A stretch of DNA of 61,662 nt, filler included, from Asterionella formosa (taxonomy: Eukaryota), in assembly GCA_002256025.1 (NCBI GenBank). It is 6 parts of 6 records of this genome, joined end to end, with 100 filler letters (N's around TTAATTAATTAA, not from the genome) between each part and the next. Parts side by side here need not be neighbours in the genome. Positions count along the whole stretch, not along the records: positions 1 to 10,209 come from NKIB01009770.1; positions 10,310 to 20,505 come from NKIB01009780.1; 4 more parts are not named here. One strand, written 5' to 3'. Both the position numbers and the translations under genes were made by a program. Below, in pieces: positions 1-11,820 of this stretch. A model generated the notes under the pieces. It made no database searches. It was not told the origin of the DNA and saw only the letters and a list, made by a program, of their open reading frames with translations. The first letter of the stretch is position 1. Every line of letters begins with the position of its first letter.

Positions 1-2315
1 TGACACTTTCACGCCCGATATTTTCGAGGATACATACCTCAACAAAGAGATAGCGATAGCGATAGCGAGGGGCGCTGGAGATGACAACGACGGTGTTCAA
101 TTTGGCAGAGTCACCAAGAGATTGCGCAACGCCGATGGTAGACCTATCGGCAAGGCTCACGAAAATCCTTTGCTTGACACTAGAGAGTATGAGGTCGAGT
201 TCTTTGACGGACACTCAGAGGCATTGTCTTCTAACCTTATTGCTCAGAATTTGTTTTCACAGATAGACGAGGAGGGCGAACGACACGTACTTCTCGACGA
301 CATTATCGATCATAGGCGGAATGCGACGGCACTCGACAAAGAGGACGCGTTCATCACAACGTCTAACGGTGTCAAGCGGCGGAGACAGACAACTCAAGGG
401 TGGCAACTCCTGTGCCAACGGAGGGACGGGAGTACCACTTGGGTCGCACTTAAGGATATGAAGCAATCGTACCCCATACAGGTGGTGGCGGAGTACTCAA
501 TTGCTAATCGTATTGATGACGAGGCGGCGTTCGCATGGTGGGTGCCGACTCTTCTAAAGAAACGGGACCGAGTCCTAGCAAAGGTAAAGTCTAAGTAATG
601 GCAGCGAACTCACAAATACGGTATACGGATACCGAAGTCCGTCGAAGAGGCGTTAGCAATTGATAAAGCCAGTGGCAACACATTATGGTGGGACGCCATC
701 TGCAAGGAAATGAAAAACGTGCGACCGGCATTTGAAAAGTGAGAAAAGTGAGAGGGAGACCTTCCGCCAGGGTACCAAAAGAGAAGGTGTCATTTCGTGT
801 TCGACATCAAAATGTGCTGGGCGAAAACTTTCGGTGTAAGGCGAGACTAGTTGCTGACGGCAGCCGGACGGAAACGCCCGCAGCCCTGACGTATTTGTCA
901 GTTGTGTCGAGGGACTCAGTGCGCATCGCCTTATTGGTTGCCTCATTGAACGACTTACAACTTCTTGCTTGCGATATTCAAAACGCTTATCTAACCGCAG
1001 ATTGCAGAGAGAAAATTTACATAATTGCAGGGCCGGAATTTGGGTCGGAAGCGGGAGCTACCATGGTGGTAAAGAAAGCGCTGTATGGGCTCAAATCTAG
1101 CGGTGCGGCATTCAGAGCGCATCTTGCAGAAACCCTCCATGATTTGGGTTACTTGCCCACGAAAGGGGACCCTGATGTATGGATTCGACTGGCGGTAAAA
1201 CCGGATGGGTTTGAGTATTACGAAATGATTCTTGTCTATGTTGATGACATTCTTTGCATTTCAGCGCAGCCTAGAGCGACTATGAGCGGGATACAGTCTA
1301 CCTTCAAATTGAAGGACGATAAAGTCGAGAAGCCGGAAAATTACCTGGGAGCCCAGGTAATGCAGAAAATAGTCGGCGGAGTTGAGTGTTGGGCCATGAC
1401 TTCAGAGCAGTATGTCAAGGCGGCCATCGCCAACATAGAGTTCAAACTCGACAAGTCGGGTCAGCGGCTTCCAACGAGGTGCACTACCCCATTGCAGGGG
1501 AATTATAGACCGGAACTGGATACCTCTGCCGAACTCAAGATTGAAGGCGTGAGATACTACCAGGAATTGATCTGCGTGCTCCGCTGGGCAGTGGAGCTTG
1601 GACGAATAGACATTGCTATGGAAGTTTCTATGTTATCTACTCACCTAGCGTTGCCGAGAAGCGGACACTTACAGCAGGTATATCACATGTTCGGATATTT
1701 GAAAGCGAAACCCAAGAGGATGTTGATCTTTGATCCGACACACCCCAATATAAACGAGTCCAGGTTTTTATTAAATGCGATTGGCACGACTTTTAAAGGG
1801 GAGCGCAGGAGTTTATTCCAGGGGACGCACCCGAGCCCAGAGGTAATGTTGTAACTACTCACTGTTTTGTGGATGCGGAACATGCGGGGAATCGGGTGAC
1901 AAGGCGCTCGCAGACCGGGATACTGATTTTTGTGAATTGGGCTCCAATTATATGGTACAGTGAGCGACAGAACACTGTCGAGACATCGACGTTTGGTAGC
2001 GAATTTGTGGCTTTGAAGATCTCGGTCGAACTGATCGAGGCATTGAGGTATAAGCTGAGAATGTTTGGAATCCCAATCGATGGACCGACTAACGTTTTCT
2101 GCGACAACGAGGCGGTGACGAAGAACACGATTCATCCAGAATCGACTTTGAAAAAGAAACATAATGCGATAGCGTATCACAGAGCGAGAGAAGCTGTGGC
2201 GGCAGGGATGATTCGGGTAACGAAGGAAGATGGAAAGACTAATTTGGCTGATGTGCTGACGAAGCCATTACCCCAAATTACACGAGAGTATTTGTGCGAC
2301 AAGTTCATGTATTGA
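1..2315 (+). pseudogene. Disrupted Copia pol (chromo-like region, RT, RNase H)
   Basis: ORF pieces 122-598, 739-1854 and 1869-2315 form one pol broken by a premature TAA at 596-598, further stops near 740-750 and frameshifts near 780-820 and 1770-1800. Confidence 0.9.
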
Positions 2316-2482
2316 TGGCTGTTGGATCACAGTGGGTCAAAGATTCAAGCCAAGGTTCATCGCAATGTCATAACCTATGACACCGGTTACCTCCTGGGCA
2401 CACAATGACGTGTGGCACCGAATCCAGGTCGATGTTTAGTGATATATTTGTTTGGTTTCACCTCCCATGTATTCGAGGGGAC

Positions 2483-2718
2483 TGAACAAATATTGCAGTG
2501 CAGTGTGGGCTCGTGGGTGAACGTACCGTGTCATACGGTACAGGATACTAACTAGCCGTTAGAGTGCTTTAGCGATAGTACAGCTTGCGAGCTTGGACAA
2601 CGAATGCGCTAGAACGGCGTAGGTAGATATATCTTTAAGTCTATCTTTTCAACCTTTATCTTTCTTTCCTTGTGCACCATGTAAGTTGTTCTGCCGACCG
2701 AACTAGCGTATTTATTCG
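2483..2718 (+). repeat. Putative 3' LTR of the Copia element
   Basis: Begins TGAACAAATA just after the purine tract GAGGGGAC and ends TATTTATTCG, an imperfect inverted copy of the start. The 5' LTR is outside the window, so the boundary is unconfirmed. Confidence 0.65.
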
Positions 2719-2726
2719 GGACGACA

Positions 2727-3778
2727 TGTCAAACGAAAGCAAAGAAGTGGCTGACAAAAATGACAGTCACAGTCACAGTCATAGCGACAGTTTAGGTACT
2801 GACAGTTCTGGTATCGAAAACAGGCTAAATTTGAAGAGGGTAACGAGGATGAATTCAACAGCTGTGATATCGAAGAAATCGAAGGTGGAATGGGAACTGT
2901 CACAGAAGAGCCTGGTATCTTGGAAAGCAAGGTTCTTTTAGCACTTGATAATGGTATTTTCGTCAATTCACCAAATGAAACAAAAGTCGAGGTGTGGGTG
3001 AATAAATATTTTGCTATGGATGTCAAGATTGGGGACGTTGAAGGTATCCTTTGCGATTTGGGATAACGGAATTTTGGAGGTGGCGGGAGTCTCATGTGGT
3101 TAGCAAAAGATCGTCCATACTTTAGAGCTGATGGCATTAGAGTTACAAAGAATAGATGCACATTTTTCCATTCCTGTAAATGTCCCTTTGTAATTCGGGA
3201 ATTATTCAATACCAAAAAAATTCGACCACAATTGAGACTGGTGACTTAAAACACACACAACAAATGTTGTCAAGGATGGCATAAGAAAACGTATTCACAA
3301 ATACTATCAGTCTGTGTTAATTACTTCCCTGAATAAATTGAACATGAAACCAGCACGTTACATTGCTGAGGCTAGGGCAAAAGGAATTCCTGGCTGTTGA
3401 TGAAAAATTGAAAAAGAGCATAAAAAGACAACTCACTCGCTTACGCAATAAATCGGTTAGGCTAATAAAAGGTCAAGGCAAGCAATAGCTGGGCGGGAGG
3501 AATTGCTGCTGTCCTTGAATCGTGTAAGAAGGAAAAAATCTTTAATTTCACGCAACATCCGATGTACCTACCTACTTGGCATAGACTGTCGAACAGAAGA
3601 CGATTCTTTGGTAGCTGTACTAACAACCGTGAATTTGTTGCTGAATGCGTACAGACAGCAATTTTGGGGCAATCCAATCTTCTTTGCTGCTGATGCATCT
3701 TACAGACTGACACAAGAAGGAAGCGGCGTTTTTCCACTTATTACAACCAACTTGGCTCAACAAACACTTTACTGCTGA
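2727..3778 (+). pseudogene. Decayed Mutator-like (MULE) transposase remnant
   Basis: Broken + strand frames give RCTFFHSCKCPFVIRE (WRKY-type Zn-finger-like, ~3150-3200) and PIFFAADASYRLTQEGSGVFPLITT, which resembles the first catalytic Asp motif of MULE transposases. Many stops and frameshifts. Confidence 0.5.
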
Positions 3779-4542
3779 GTAGTAATGACAGACCTACAGG
3801 GTTACATGTGAACTCCAACTGCTGGTACCACAATATATTTATATAGTGATGTATAATATACATGATTGGCATACATACTACTGAGTACTACCAGTACTTG
3901 CATGTTTGTCTGTACAGCTGCCTGTCGTATGGGGTCGATGAGACAGCAACTCCATCTTGACCATGACGAAATTATGGGTTTGAATATCTTCACGAGTATT
4001 GACAATGAACAATTTCTATTTCGCACGTAAATGTAGACTAACAAAGACAAGAATATCGTTCAATAATAAAGAATTTTGCACTAGTATTGATAACAAAATG
4101 TTGAAATCGGCGCTGGAAGTTGTTTTTGCTCGTCATTTGCTCAGTTTTGAAGATATGACCAGAAACGAGACAGTTTTGAGTCCGCGGTGATTCGCTTGAT
4201 AACTTTGACTAGATAACAAGGTTTTCTATGTTTTGTAGAAATACATGAGAAAACTTGAATGACAGCATTCTCGGAGAGGGTACAACATTTCAAGATGCAA
4301 GAAAATCCTCTGCATGAATTTTGTAGTGAGTTTCATGTAAGAACTAATTGTCGTGGTCCATATTTCTATGGAATCTTGATAGGGTCATTAAACAGTTTGA
4401 TATAGACATACGTTCAACCATTCCACAATACACTGCTTGTTCTTTACGCGAATAAAAACTGGGCATCGCAGAAATGATCATGAACTCCCCTGACTGACGG
4501 TTTATGCATTTTCTGACACTTTTATGCAAAAAATGTAATCTT

Positions 4543-5110
4543 TCACCTGTAGATGTCCCAGTGCCAGTAGACTATGTAAAAATAGCACTTGCTTAATTCG
4601 AGAGCACCTCCTGAGGCAAATAAAATACTATTCTGCCACTTCTGTGCGGCACATTCTTGAAGGATTATAAATATTGTTGATGGAGATGATGGTGGTTCTT
4701 GAGAGTTATCTGTAAAACCCAAGGATGTGTCATCTACAAATGCATCTGCATATCTCTCGGAGCTCAATGTGCCTGTAGGATCCTGAAATTTTGTGTTTTG
4801 AGGCGCAACCCTACCATATGCTGTGAGAATAACTATGCAGATAGTGAGCCAAACTTCCGGGGATTCCCCACTGCCCTGGCCTGTTCCCGCCAAAGGGGCC
4901 AGAGCTGTGCCCATATAATACTTGGAAGAGATGCCATATACAGTCTTGACTGTATACTTCATCGGCCTAGTAAGGGTTTCCGAGTGGGCCATGACTGCTT
5001 CCACTGGCATGCCCAATCTCTGCACACATACCATTGCTAGGTTCACCATAGTTCGATCGTAACAGCTAGTAGCTGCATCATTGTCGAATTTGGCGAGATT
5101 TGTGCGGTTT
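4543..5110 (-). pseudogene. Non-LTR (LINE) reverse transcriptase fragment
   Basis: KFDNDAATSCYDR, GTGQGSGESP, FVDDTSLG and LFASGGALELSKCYFY are typical non-LTR RT motifs. Confidence 0.85.
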
Positions 5111-5893
5111 TGCTGAGCTATAATATATGCACCATATCAAAGCATAATCATGCTTGTTGTTTCGCGTGCTTTGACTCAAATGACTCAATTATAGTCTTGT
5201 TGATGCGGAAGTGGTAGATTCCTGCCCATGAGTCCTCGTTTTGCAATCTCTCCATCGGAAGTACTCCATAACGAGCCCTGCTATCAATGGTGAGAAGCGC
5301 GCCAATTGGAACTGGTCAGGATGACCAACAATTGAAATTAGCATACGGTACGGCTTTGGAATAACAAGCAATTTTCCGTGTTGACTTTTTTAGTCGCGGA
5401 AAACGTCGAAAAATTCCTCGAGACAAGGGGGTTGGGCAATCTACCGGTAAATATATTATGGCAGGCACCAGGTTCCTGGTACCAGGTACCGGTATATAGT
5501 AATTGGATCAGTCAAAACCTGGTATTCATACGTACGTAAGCTTTTACAATGTGCTGGTTTTGTCCGGGAAAATGTCAAAAGACCCAAATGCATAAAATTG
5601 TACGTGCACATAACTATATATATTTATACATGTCCCAGCAACAATGGAAGCATCAATTTCTCGCCACATGATGAATGTATGCCGACCCAGCCATGGTTGC
5701 CTTGACGTGAATGCTCTCGCCAACCAACAGGCGCATGATGGGCAGCTTGAATAAAAGTGGAATTAATAAAGTTCATTCATTAAATGCATAGCACAAAACC
5801 TTTAACAAAGCGACGAGGTGAATATCGAGGCGTTTGCGATAAAACAAAAGGACACTTTTCCCTCAAACAACCAAATCATCAGACAAATCAAAC

Positions 5894-7045
5894 ATGGCGA
5901 GTTTCAGTGCTTCATACGCCAATACCGACATTCAAGCTCCAATTACCAATGATTTTGGCGTACAAGCAAACCTAATTAGAAGAGGGTGTTATTGCTGTCC
6001 TCATCACCCCGACATTCTGCTGTTCGAAAGGGGGAGGTTCAGGGGACATTGGAAGAAAGTAGAAGAGAGCTGCCCTAAATGTGATCTTAAGAATAACGAA
6101 GTTGTCTCAATTATTATAAAGATGAAAAAGAATAAGAAGGCGGCTGACATTCAAGAGGAATGTCTCATCAACCTTCGTACTGTGGCTGCTATTAACAAGC
6201 AGGATGAGATTGCTAATGCTGGAGGTATCACTATGATTCTGGATGCTATGAAGGAGCATTTTTCCATTGCTACTGTGCAAGAACATGGTCTTGAAGCACT
6301 TTGGAGTTTGGCTGTGAATAATGACCGCAACATTGAGGCGATTGTTTCAGCAGAAGGTATCGAAACAATTCTGTCTGCTATGACAAATCATTCACCTAGT
6401 GCTACTGTGCAGCAATATGGTTGTAGAGAACTTTTCAACTTGGCTGTGAATAACACAAACAGGTTTGCGATGGCTGGAGCAGGAGGTATCAAACAAATTA
6501 TTTTTGCTATGAAGAAGCATTTATCAAATGCTAATGTACAACACTATGGTTGTGCAGCACTTGGGAACTTGGCTGTAAATGACAATAACAAGGATTTGAG
6601 TGCTGACGAAGGAGGTATCACTACAATTCTGGATGCTATGGAGACGCATTTATCCAATGCTACTGTGCAAGAATATGGTTTTGCAGCACTGGAGAACCTG
6701 GCTATGAATGACAAAAACAAGGTGGCAATTGCTCAAGAAAGAGGTATCACTACAATGCTGTCTGCTATGAAGATTCATTCATCTGATACTAATGTACAAC
6801 ACTATGGACGTAAAGCGCTTTTGATCTTAGGACCCTTTGAGACTGACAACAAGGTGGCGAGTGCCATAGCTTGTGGAATAGTTGCAACGATTCTTTTATT
6901 CATATTTCTATATTTACGGAGAGCATGGCCAGAAATTCCCATTCCATTTGTTGGGAATAACTTTTGCTACAGTCATTCACATGCAACTTTTTGTCCTTCA
7001 AACATTTGCAAACAAAAGCAAGTAGGCGATAGAAAATCATTGTAA
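5894..7045 (+). CDS. Armadillo-repeat protein with N-terminal Cys/His motif and a C-terminal hydrophobic (TM-like) segment
   Basis: 383-aa intronless ORF with about five ~42-aa ARM repeats (GGITxILxAMxxH..NATVQxYGxxALxNLAVN), an N-terminal CCPHHP...CPKC, and hydrophobic IACGIVATILLFIFLYL. Confidence 0.82.
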   Translation: MASFSASYANTDIQAPITNDFGVQANLIRRGCYCCPHHPDILLFERGRFRGHWKKVEESCPKCDLKNNEVVSIIIKMKKNKKAADIQEECLINLRTVAAINKQDEIANAGGITMILDAMKEHFSIATVQEHGLEALWSLAVNNDRNIEAIVSAEGIETILSAMTNHSPSATVQQYGCRELFNLAVNNTNRFAMAGAGGIKQIIFAMKKHLSNANVQHYGCAALGNLAVNDNNKDLSADEGGITTILDAMETHLSNATVQEYGFAALENLAMNDKNKVAIAQERGITTMLSAMKIHSSDTNVQHYGRKALLILGPFETDNKVASAIACGIVATILLFIFLYLRRAWPEIPIPFVGNNFCYSHSHATFCPSNICKQKQVGDRKSL

Positions 7046-7486
7046 AAAGAATGTTGATTTAGCAAGTGTTTTCTTAGCTAAATTAATATACAAATCTAGT
7101 TTGATGATAGCCCAGAGGCAGGAACTACCAAGTTCTTATGATGCACAAGTGACACACAAAACCAGGATGAATATATTGCATGGTGACTTTAAAATAAAAA
7201 GGAAACACACAAATTCCCATTCCAATTGTCAGGAATAACTTTTGCTGCAGTCATGCACATGCAACTTTTTGTCCTTCAACATTTGTAAACAAAAGCCAGT
7301 AGGCGATAGTAAATCATTGTAAAAAGAATGTTGATTTAGCATGTGTTTTCTTAGCTAAATTAATTTACAATCTATTTTGATGATAGCCCAGAGGCAGGAA
7401 CTAACAAATTCTTATGATGCACAAGTGATGCACAAAACCAGGATGAATATATTGCATGGTGACTTTAAAATAAATAGGAAACACAC
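6933..7486. repeat. Tandem duplication, 278-bp unit, two copies
   Basis: 6933-7210 and 7211-7486 both start AAATTCCCATTCC and align over the whole unit with scattered substitutions. Confidence 0.95.
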
Positions 7487-8600
7487 AACACCCAACCCCA
7501 ATGGGGAGTAGGGACCGGTACTGCTGGCAACAAGTGACTTTCCTTTGCAGGATGGTACTGCTGGCAATGGGCTCCTTGATAACCTTTTTGTTGAACATTT
7601 TCACTGACCTGCTGCTAACATCATGTTGTTTAACTCACTCATTTACAGAATATTAGAGGACAAGACCAGATGACCACTGAAGATCCTGACCAAGAAGCAT
7701 GCAAGTCATAAACTCTCCAACCTCATTGCTGCAACCCGCCTGGGGATCGATCTCAAGAGTAAACCACGCAGGGCATAGGATGATTCTTAGAATACTAGAT
7801 GCCTGGTGGGGGAATGGGTCAGTGGTTAGCACACCTTCTGCGGTGGTGTGTCAGATTCCTGCATTCTCCAACTGTCTTAGTCCATAGCATAGGGCTCCAG
7901 GGGGGGGGGAGGCTGATGAACAGAAAGGTCCCATTGTACCATATGGACAAACAAAACCCGTATAAATTGTTTTCATTGAAAATGTGGGCACAATCCGATT
8001 ATTGGATAGCTATGACAAACCATGAGCTATAATTTCAATTTTATTTTAGAATCCTGGATGTCTGTGGAACCCAGTACTTTAATAGTAACTTGGGAAAATC
8101 TTTACCGTCATTGAAACTAAGGCACCGGAGTTCATCCATGAACTTCATCCAGAAGCGGACATGATGGTAGTAGTCACCCTAGCGAACTAGTAGCTCATGA
8201 AGTAAGAAGGAGATGACCCTCCGACAAGAAAACCTTATGAAGTATTACAAAAAGGTATTCCAGACCGGAAATCCCACTACAAGCAATCCTACTATTCCAG
8301 TTGTTGGGGGCCCACTTCAAAGTTTCTCAGGACATGACAACAAATGCTTGACCAGGCGTGACCAGAGCAAGGGTATTTTGTCTGCTCGCATCTGTTGGGT
8401 GTTATTAAATCCCCAGAGTAGGTCCAAGCCCATCCACAGGAAAACGATTTTTTCACATTAAGATTTAAAGTACATTTAAACTTGTGAAAACTTGCACCTG
8501 TGCCTTGATAGACACATTACCACTGTCATTTCTGTTTCTTCCGAACCCTAGGGCGCCATCCGTGGTTTCGTTGCCAAAATGGAGCAAGGCAAAGCCGGGC

Positions 8601-8915
8601 TCAATCGATGGTTCCTACAGTATGTTTGCGATACCAAGCATTGACTGCCAAATCAACTGATTCAATCCACTGACGTTTTTGGGAAAGGAGTGATGGCGTA
8701 AGCAAGCGGACTTCTGCTGGAAGAAGGACACAAGATTTATTTTCTTCTCGCACTTTCGCTTGATCTTGCTCATATCTTGTATCAATCTTATCATCAACAT
8801 CTTTAGTCATCTTTACAATTTGTTCCTCCGCTGTCTTTCCAAAGAGTTCTTCGTTGCGATGTTTCCAGCTGTCCATTCCAAACGCCATAATCCGCAGATT
8901 ATTCGTGCGCTCCAA
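8601..8915 (-). pseudogene. Probable LINE ORF2 C-terminal remnant
   Basis: WKHRNEELFGKT...RQWIESV resembles the WxxRNxxLHG motif near the C-terminus of non-LTR ORF2. Other LINE debris lies on the same strand nearby. Confidence 0.55.
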
Positions 8916-9267
8916 TTACCCACATACTACCAATACTACCGGTAGGACGAGTATTGTATTATGATGTTGAGGCATGTCGATAACTTCTCAGAATCGGATA
9001 CATTCTTATTCATCTGATTTTGTTTCGATGTGGACATCCAGTGCATATTATCGATGATAATGCAAATTTTTTTATAATATTCGATATTCTTTTAGTAAAC
9101 AAAAATAATTATTTAAAATTTAGCTAGGGAAATATTCTATCATTGACAGAAATTATTCTTCATTTGCTACATATTTAGTCCAAAATAATATTCACGAGTT
9201 TCCCACCAGATTAACTTGTTGTGCATTTAGAAACACTTTTGTGCAAGGATGGTATATTCTCACATGT

Positions 9268-9531
9268 AATCGCCAGCAATAAGAATGGAGAGGATGCATC
9301 TGATCCCAGCAGGGTCTCTAAAGCCTACTGTTGAAGGTTGGAATATGAATCTTCGGATATGCCCAAAGAGGTTAAAGACTTTTATTTTATGTTTTTCAAC
9401 GTTTGCAGAAGTGCAAGAACCGAATGTTCACTTGCTTCCAATCTTCTCAGTGCTATCGAACCCACCGATGGAATCATCCTGTCAAACGCACCTTTCCCAT
9501 TGTTGCTACAAATTATAGCAACCTTCTTGCA
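9268..9531 (-). pseudogene. Highly decayed LINE RT fragment (not in ORF track)
   Basis: Manual translation: CKKVAIICSNNGKGAFDRMIPSVGSIALRRL...K*KSLTSLGISEDSYSN..*ALETLLGSDASSPFLL. It parallels the DNDAxxCYDR and GTxQGSGxSP motifs of the 4.5-5.1 kb RT. Confidence 0.7.
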
Positions 9532-10209
9532 GATTCTGATCCCATTTTATGTCAATCTTTTCATGAGAATAGCGGTGGTAGATAATCGGTTGGGATGAGA
9601 ACCCCATTGTAGCGGTGATATTGTATTGTGATCCTCTGCACAATGTATTAAACATCGACCAAAGACAATACATACGTCTGTAAATAAAAAGTATTATGCA
9701 TATAGGATCAAGGTATTGTACGCTAAGTGGCACAGGATTTTCGTATATATGATAATTTTTGGATCAAAAATATGATCAAGGTATCTTGTATCTATGATGA
9801 TTTATTAATATTTTACCGACCTTGAAGTATAATGATAATAAGAGCATTATCATCACACAATGTATATAAACTGATCAACAACATTTCCCATCAATATCAT
9901 AAACATTCTCTCGTGATTGCCCGATGTAAATTACAACTACAATGCATCCTAAAATCAGTTAAACTATATGCTATCATTTGAATTGTTTCATCGTATGTCT
10001 ATCTTAAACATGATCATATTTCTAACTACAAGGATTGTTAAAAAAGGATTGGAACAGATCTTAATTTAACTATCAAATTTAGCAATGATATTTCTGTTTC
10101 GACAGCTAGCCGAGGAATGTTTCTCACCTCTCCACTTGTCTCAATGTATATTCCTTTCTCGCTCTTTCTTCCTCTGTTCTGAATTGTGTGCGAGGCAGTG
10201 CCTTACTGA

Positions 10210-10309
10210 NNNNNNNNNNNNNNNNNNNNNNNNNNNNNNNNNNNNNNNNNNNNTTAATTAATTAANNNNNNNNNNNNNNNNNNNNNNNNNNNNNNNNNNN
10301 NNNNNNNNN
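10210..10309. other. Artificial contig spacer
   Basis: N44-TTAATTAATTAA-N44, which places stops in all six frames. Confidence 0.99.
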
Positions 10310-10607
10310 CGGAATGGGTCCCAATGAGATGACACAAGGAAATAACGAATACAGTCTGTTACGAATAGTTGCTTATGCTATTGAAAGATTCGTTTTGAAT
10401 GTACGTTATCGTCACAATATGTTCATTCCGTAAAAAGAAAACAAAGGTGCAATCGCGTCAATACGCTGGCCATGATCATTAATCAATTCAATTTTCCGTT
10501 GCTCAACGTGCATGTATTGTCAAGGCGAGGGAAACGGCGATTTTTGAGTTGAAACAGAAAACTTCACAGATGTCACCATGGACATGCAACGAGGTGATGC
10601 GCATCAC

Positions 10608-10991
10608 TCACGTTCTTCTTGGAGTAGTAGTCCTGGGTCGCTTTGTGTCTTTATGACTTAATTGCTGATGAAAGGAAGGGGATTCTCGCTTGATGCTGGT
10701 CCGGACAACAAGTTGTTGACAGGCCAGTGGTTCGATACCGAAAGTGGCGGCAAAGAGTAGGAATGGATCAGTGAAACTTCCCCGTTTCAACAGTTTTTCG
10801 TGATTGGTCGTAAGAAATTCGAAGGCAGCAGAGATAATAGTGAATCGGTCAAGTCCTTGTTTTTCAAGGAGACAAATCGGAGCGAGCCTTCGGTAGGCTG
10901 CTGTGATATCTGATTGAGGTGCAAATCGTGGCAGTCCAAGAATGGAAAACGGTTCGAGCTGTCCTTGGTGGAGGTGACTGTAGCAGGACAT
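10608..10991 (-). CDS. J-domain-like (DnaJ-like) small protein lacking the HPD motif
   Basis: From ATG at 10991: PFSILGLPRFAPQSDITAAYRRLA...RFTIISAAFEFL...FTDPFLLFAATFG matches the J-domain helices and a DPF/DIF-like motif. HPD is absent. Confidence 0.65.
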   Translation of the reverse strand: MSCYSHLHQGQLEPFSILGLPRFAPQSDITAAYRRLAPICLLEKQGLDRFTIISAAFEFLTTNHEKLLKRGSFTDPFLLFAATFGIEPLACQQLVVRTSIKRESPSFHQQLSHKDTKRPRTTTPRRT

Positions 10992-11475
10992 GATATATCT
11001 ATCCCTTTTGTACTCGCGAAGGTAAAGAAATGAAAAGTGAAAGAAAATAGTCACTCGAGACTAATACAGTTTCGATGAAATATGATGTCCTTCACGTCCT
11101 TACGGTAGTGAAGAGTAACAGATCATTAAGAACAAATGGATATACATATACCGGTATGATACTATAGATTTCCTGTGCCAATTGTTTCAGTAGGTGGTAC
11201 CTAAGAAGTACACGGGAGAATGGCCTGTATGTAGACTCTCGGGAAACAATAACAGGACGAAAGCAGCAATTGCAAATGGTGCCAACGACAGCATGTGACG
11301 ACGGTTTTCGACGAAGTTGTATGCAATGCAAATGCAAATTTGATTTAGGCCCCGTCTTACGGTGCCCGAATTACGAAGATTGAGTCCCCCGGATAACCTG
11401 TTGGGCGTTTAATCTTCATATTTTCGTCCCTTACGGGCTAAATAACTCGCAAATCCCCCCCAATCACGAAGATTA

Positions 11476-11633
11476 TATCAATACCTGGGTCCAGTGCACC
11501 GCGCGAGCACAGTGCAGACCAGACCAGTGTAACCACCAGATCTAGGTACACCGGCAATCATGCCCCAATGACAGCAATAGAATAATCATGATATTGTAGC
11601 TCACCTTTGTTATTGACAAGGTTCCCCTCAACA
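11476..11633 (+). repeat. 5' LTR
   Basis: Matches 16949-17106 with about 9 differences in 158 nt by manual alignment; ends TCAACA. Confidence 0.95.
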
Positions 11634-11820
11634 GAGCTACAATATCTGTTCTTCCTCCCTTCGTCTCCCTCAACGTTGCAGCTTCTTCTCTTTGCTCTGC
11701 CATACTAGCAAAGCCACTGCGGTGCATACGAGCATTTGATCAAGCGCCTGATTCCTAATAGTATCACCGGCTTTCTTGCTGCATCTCCAACACCTTTCAA
11801 ACACTGCGTCCTCCATCCGA

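Larger units (their letters stand above)
1..2718 (+). mobile_element. Ty1/Copia LTR retrotransposon (diatom CoDi-like), 3' half, truncated by window start
   Basis: Integrase C-terminal region, RT (KARLVADG, DIQNAYL, KALYGLKSSG, LVYVDDIL) and RNase H (DAEHAG, STFGSEFVA, CDNEAV, NLADVLTK) in Copia order, followed by a purine tract and an LTR-like segment. Confidence 0.93.

Noticed and set aside
2712..3215. This and the many other short antisense or overlapping ORFs in the track
   Set aside because: They are shadows of real genes or TE frames, mostly with non-ATG starts and no motifs.
10254..10265. TTAATTAATTAA as a biological palindrome, and ORFs running through the N runs
   Set aside because: It is the identical artificial linker present in all five gaps.
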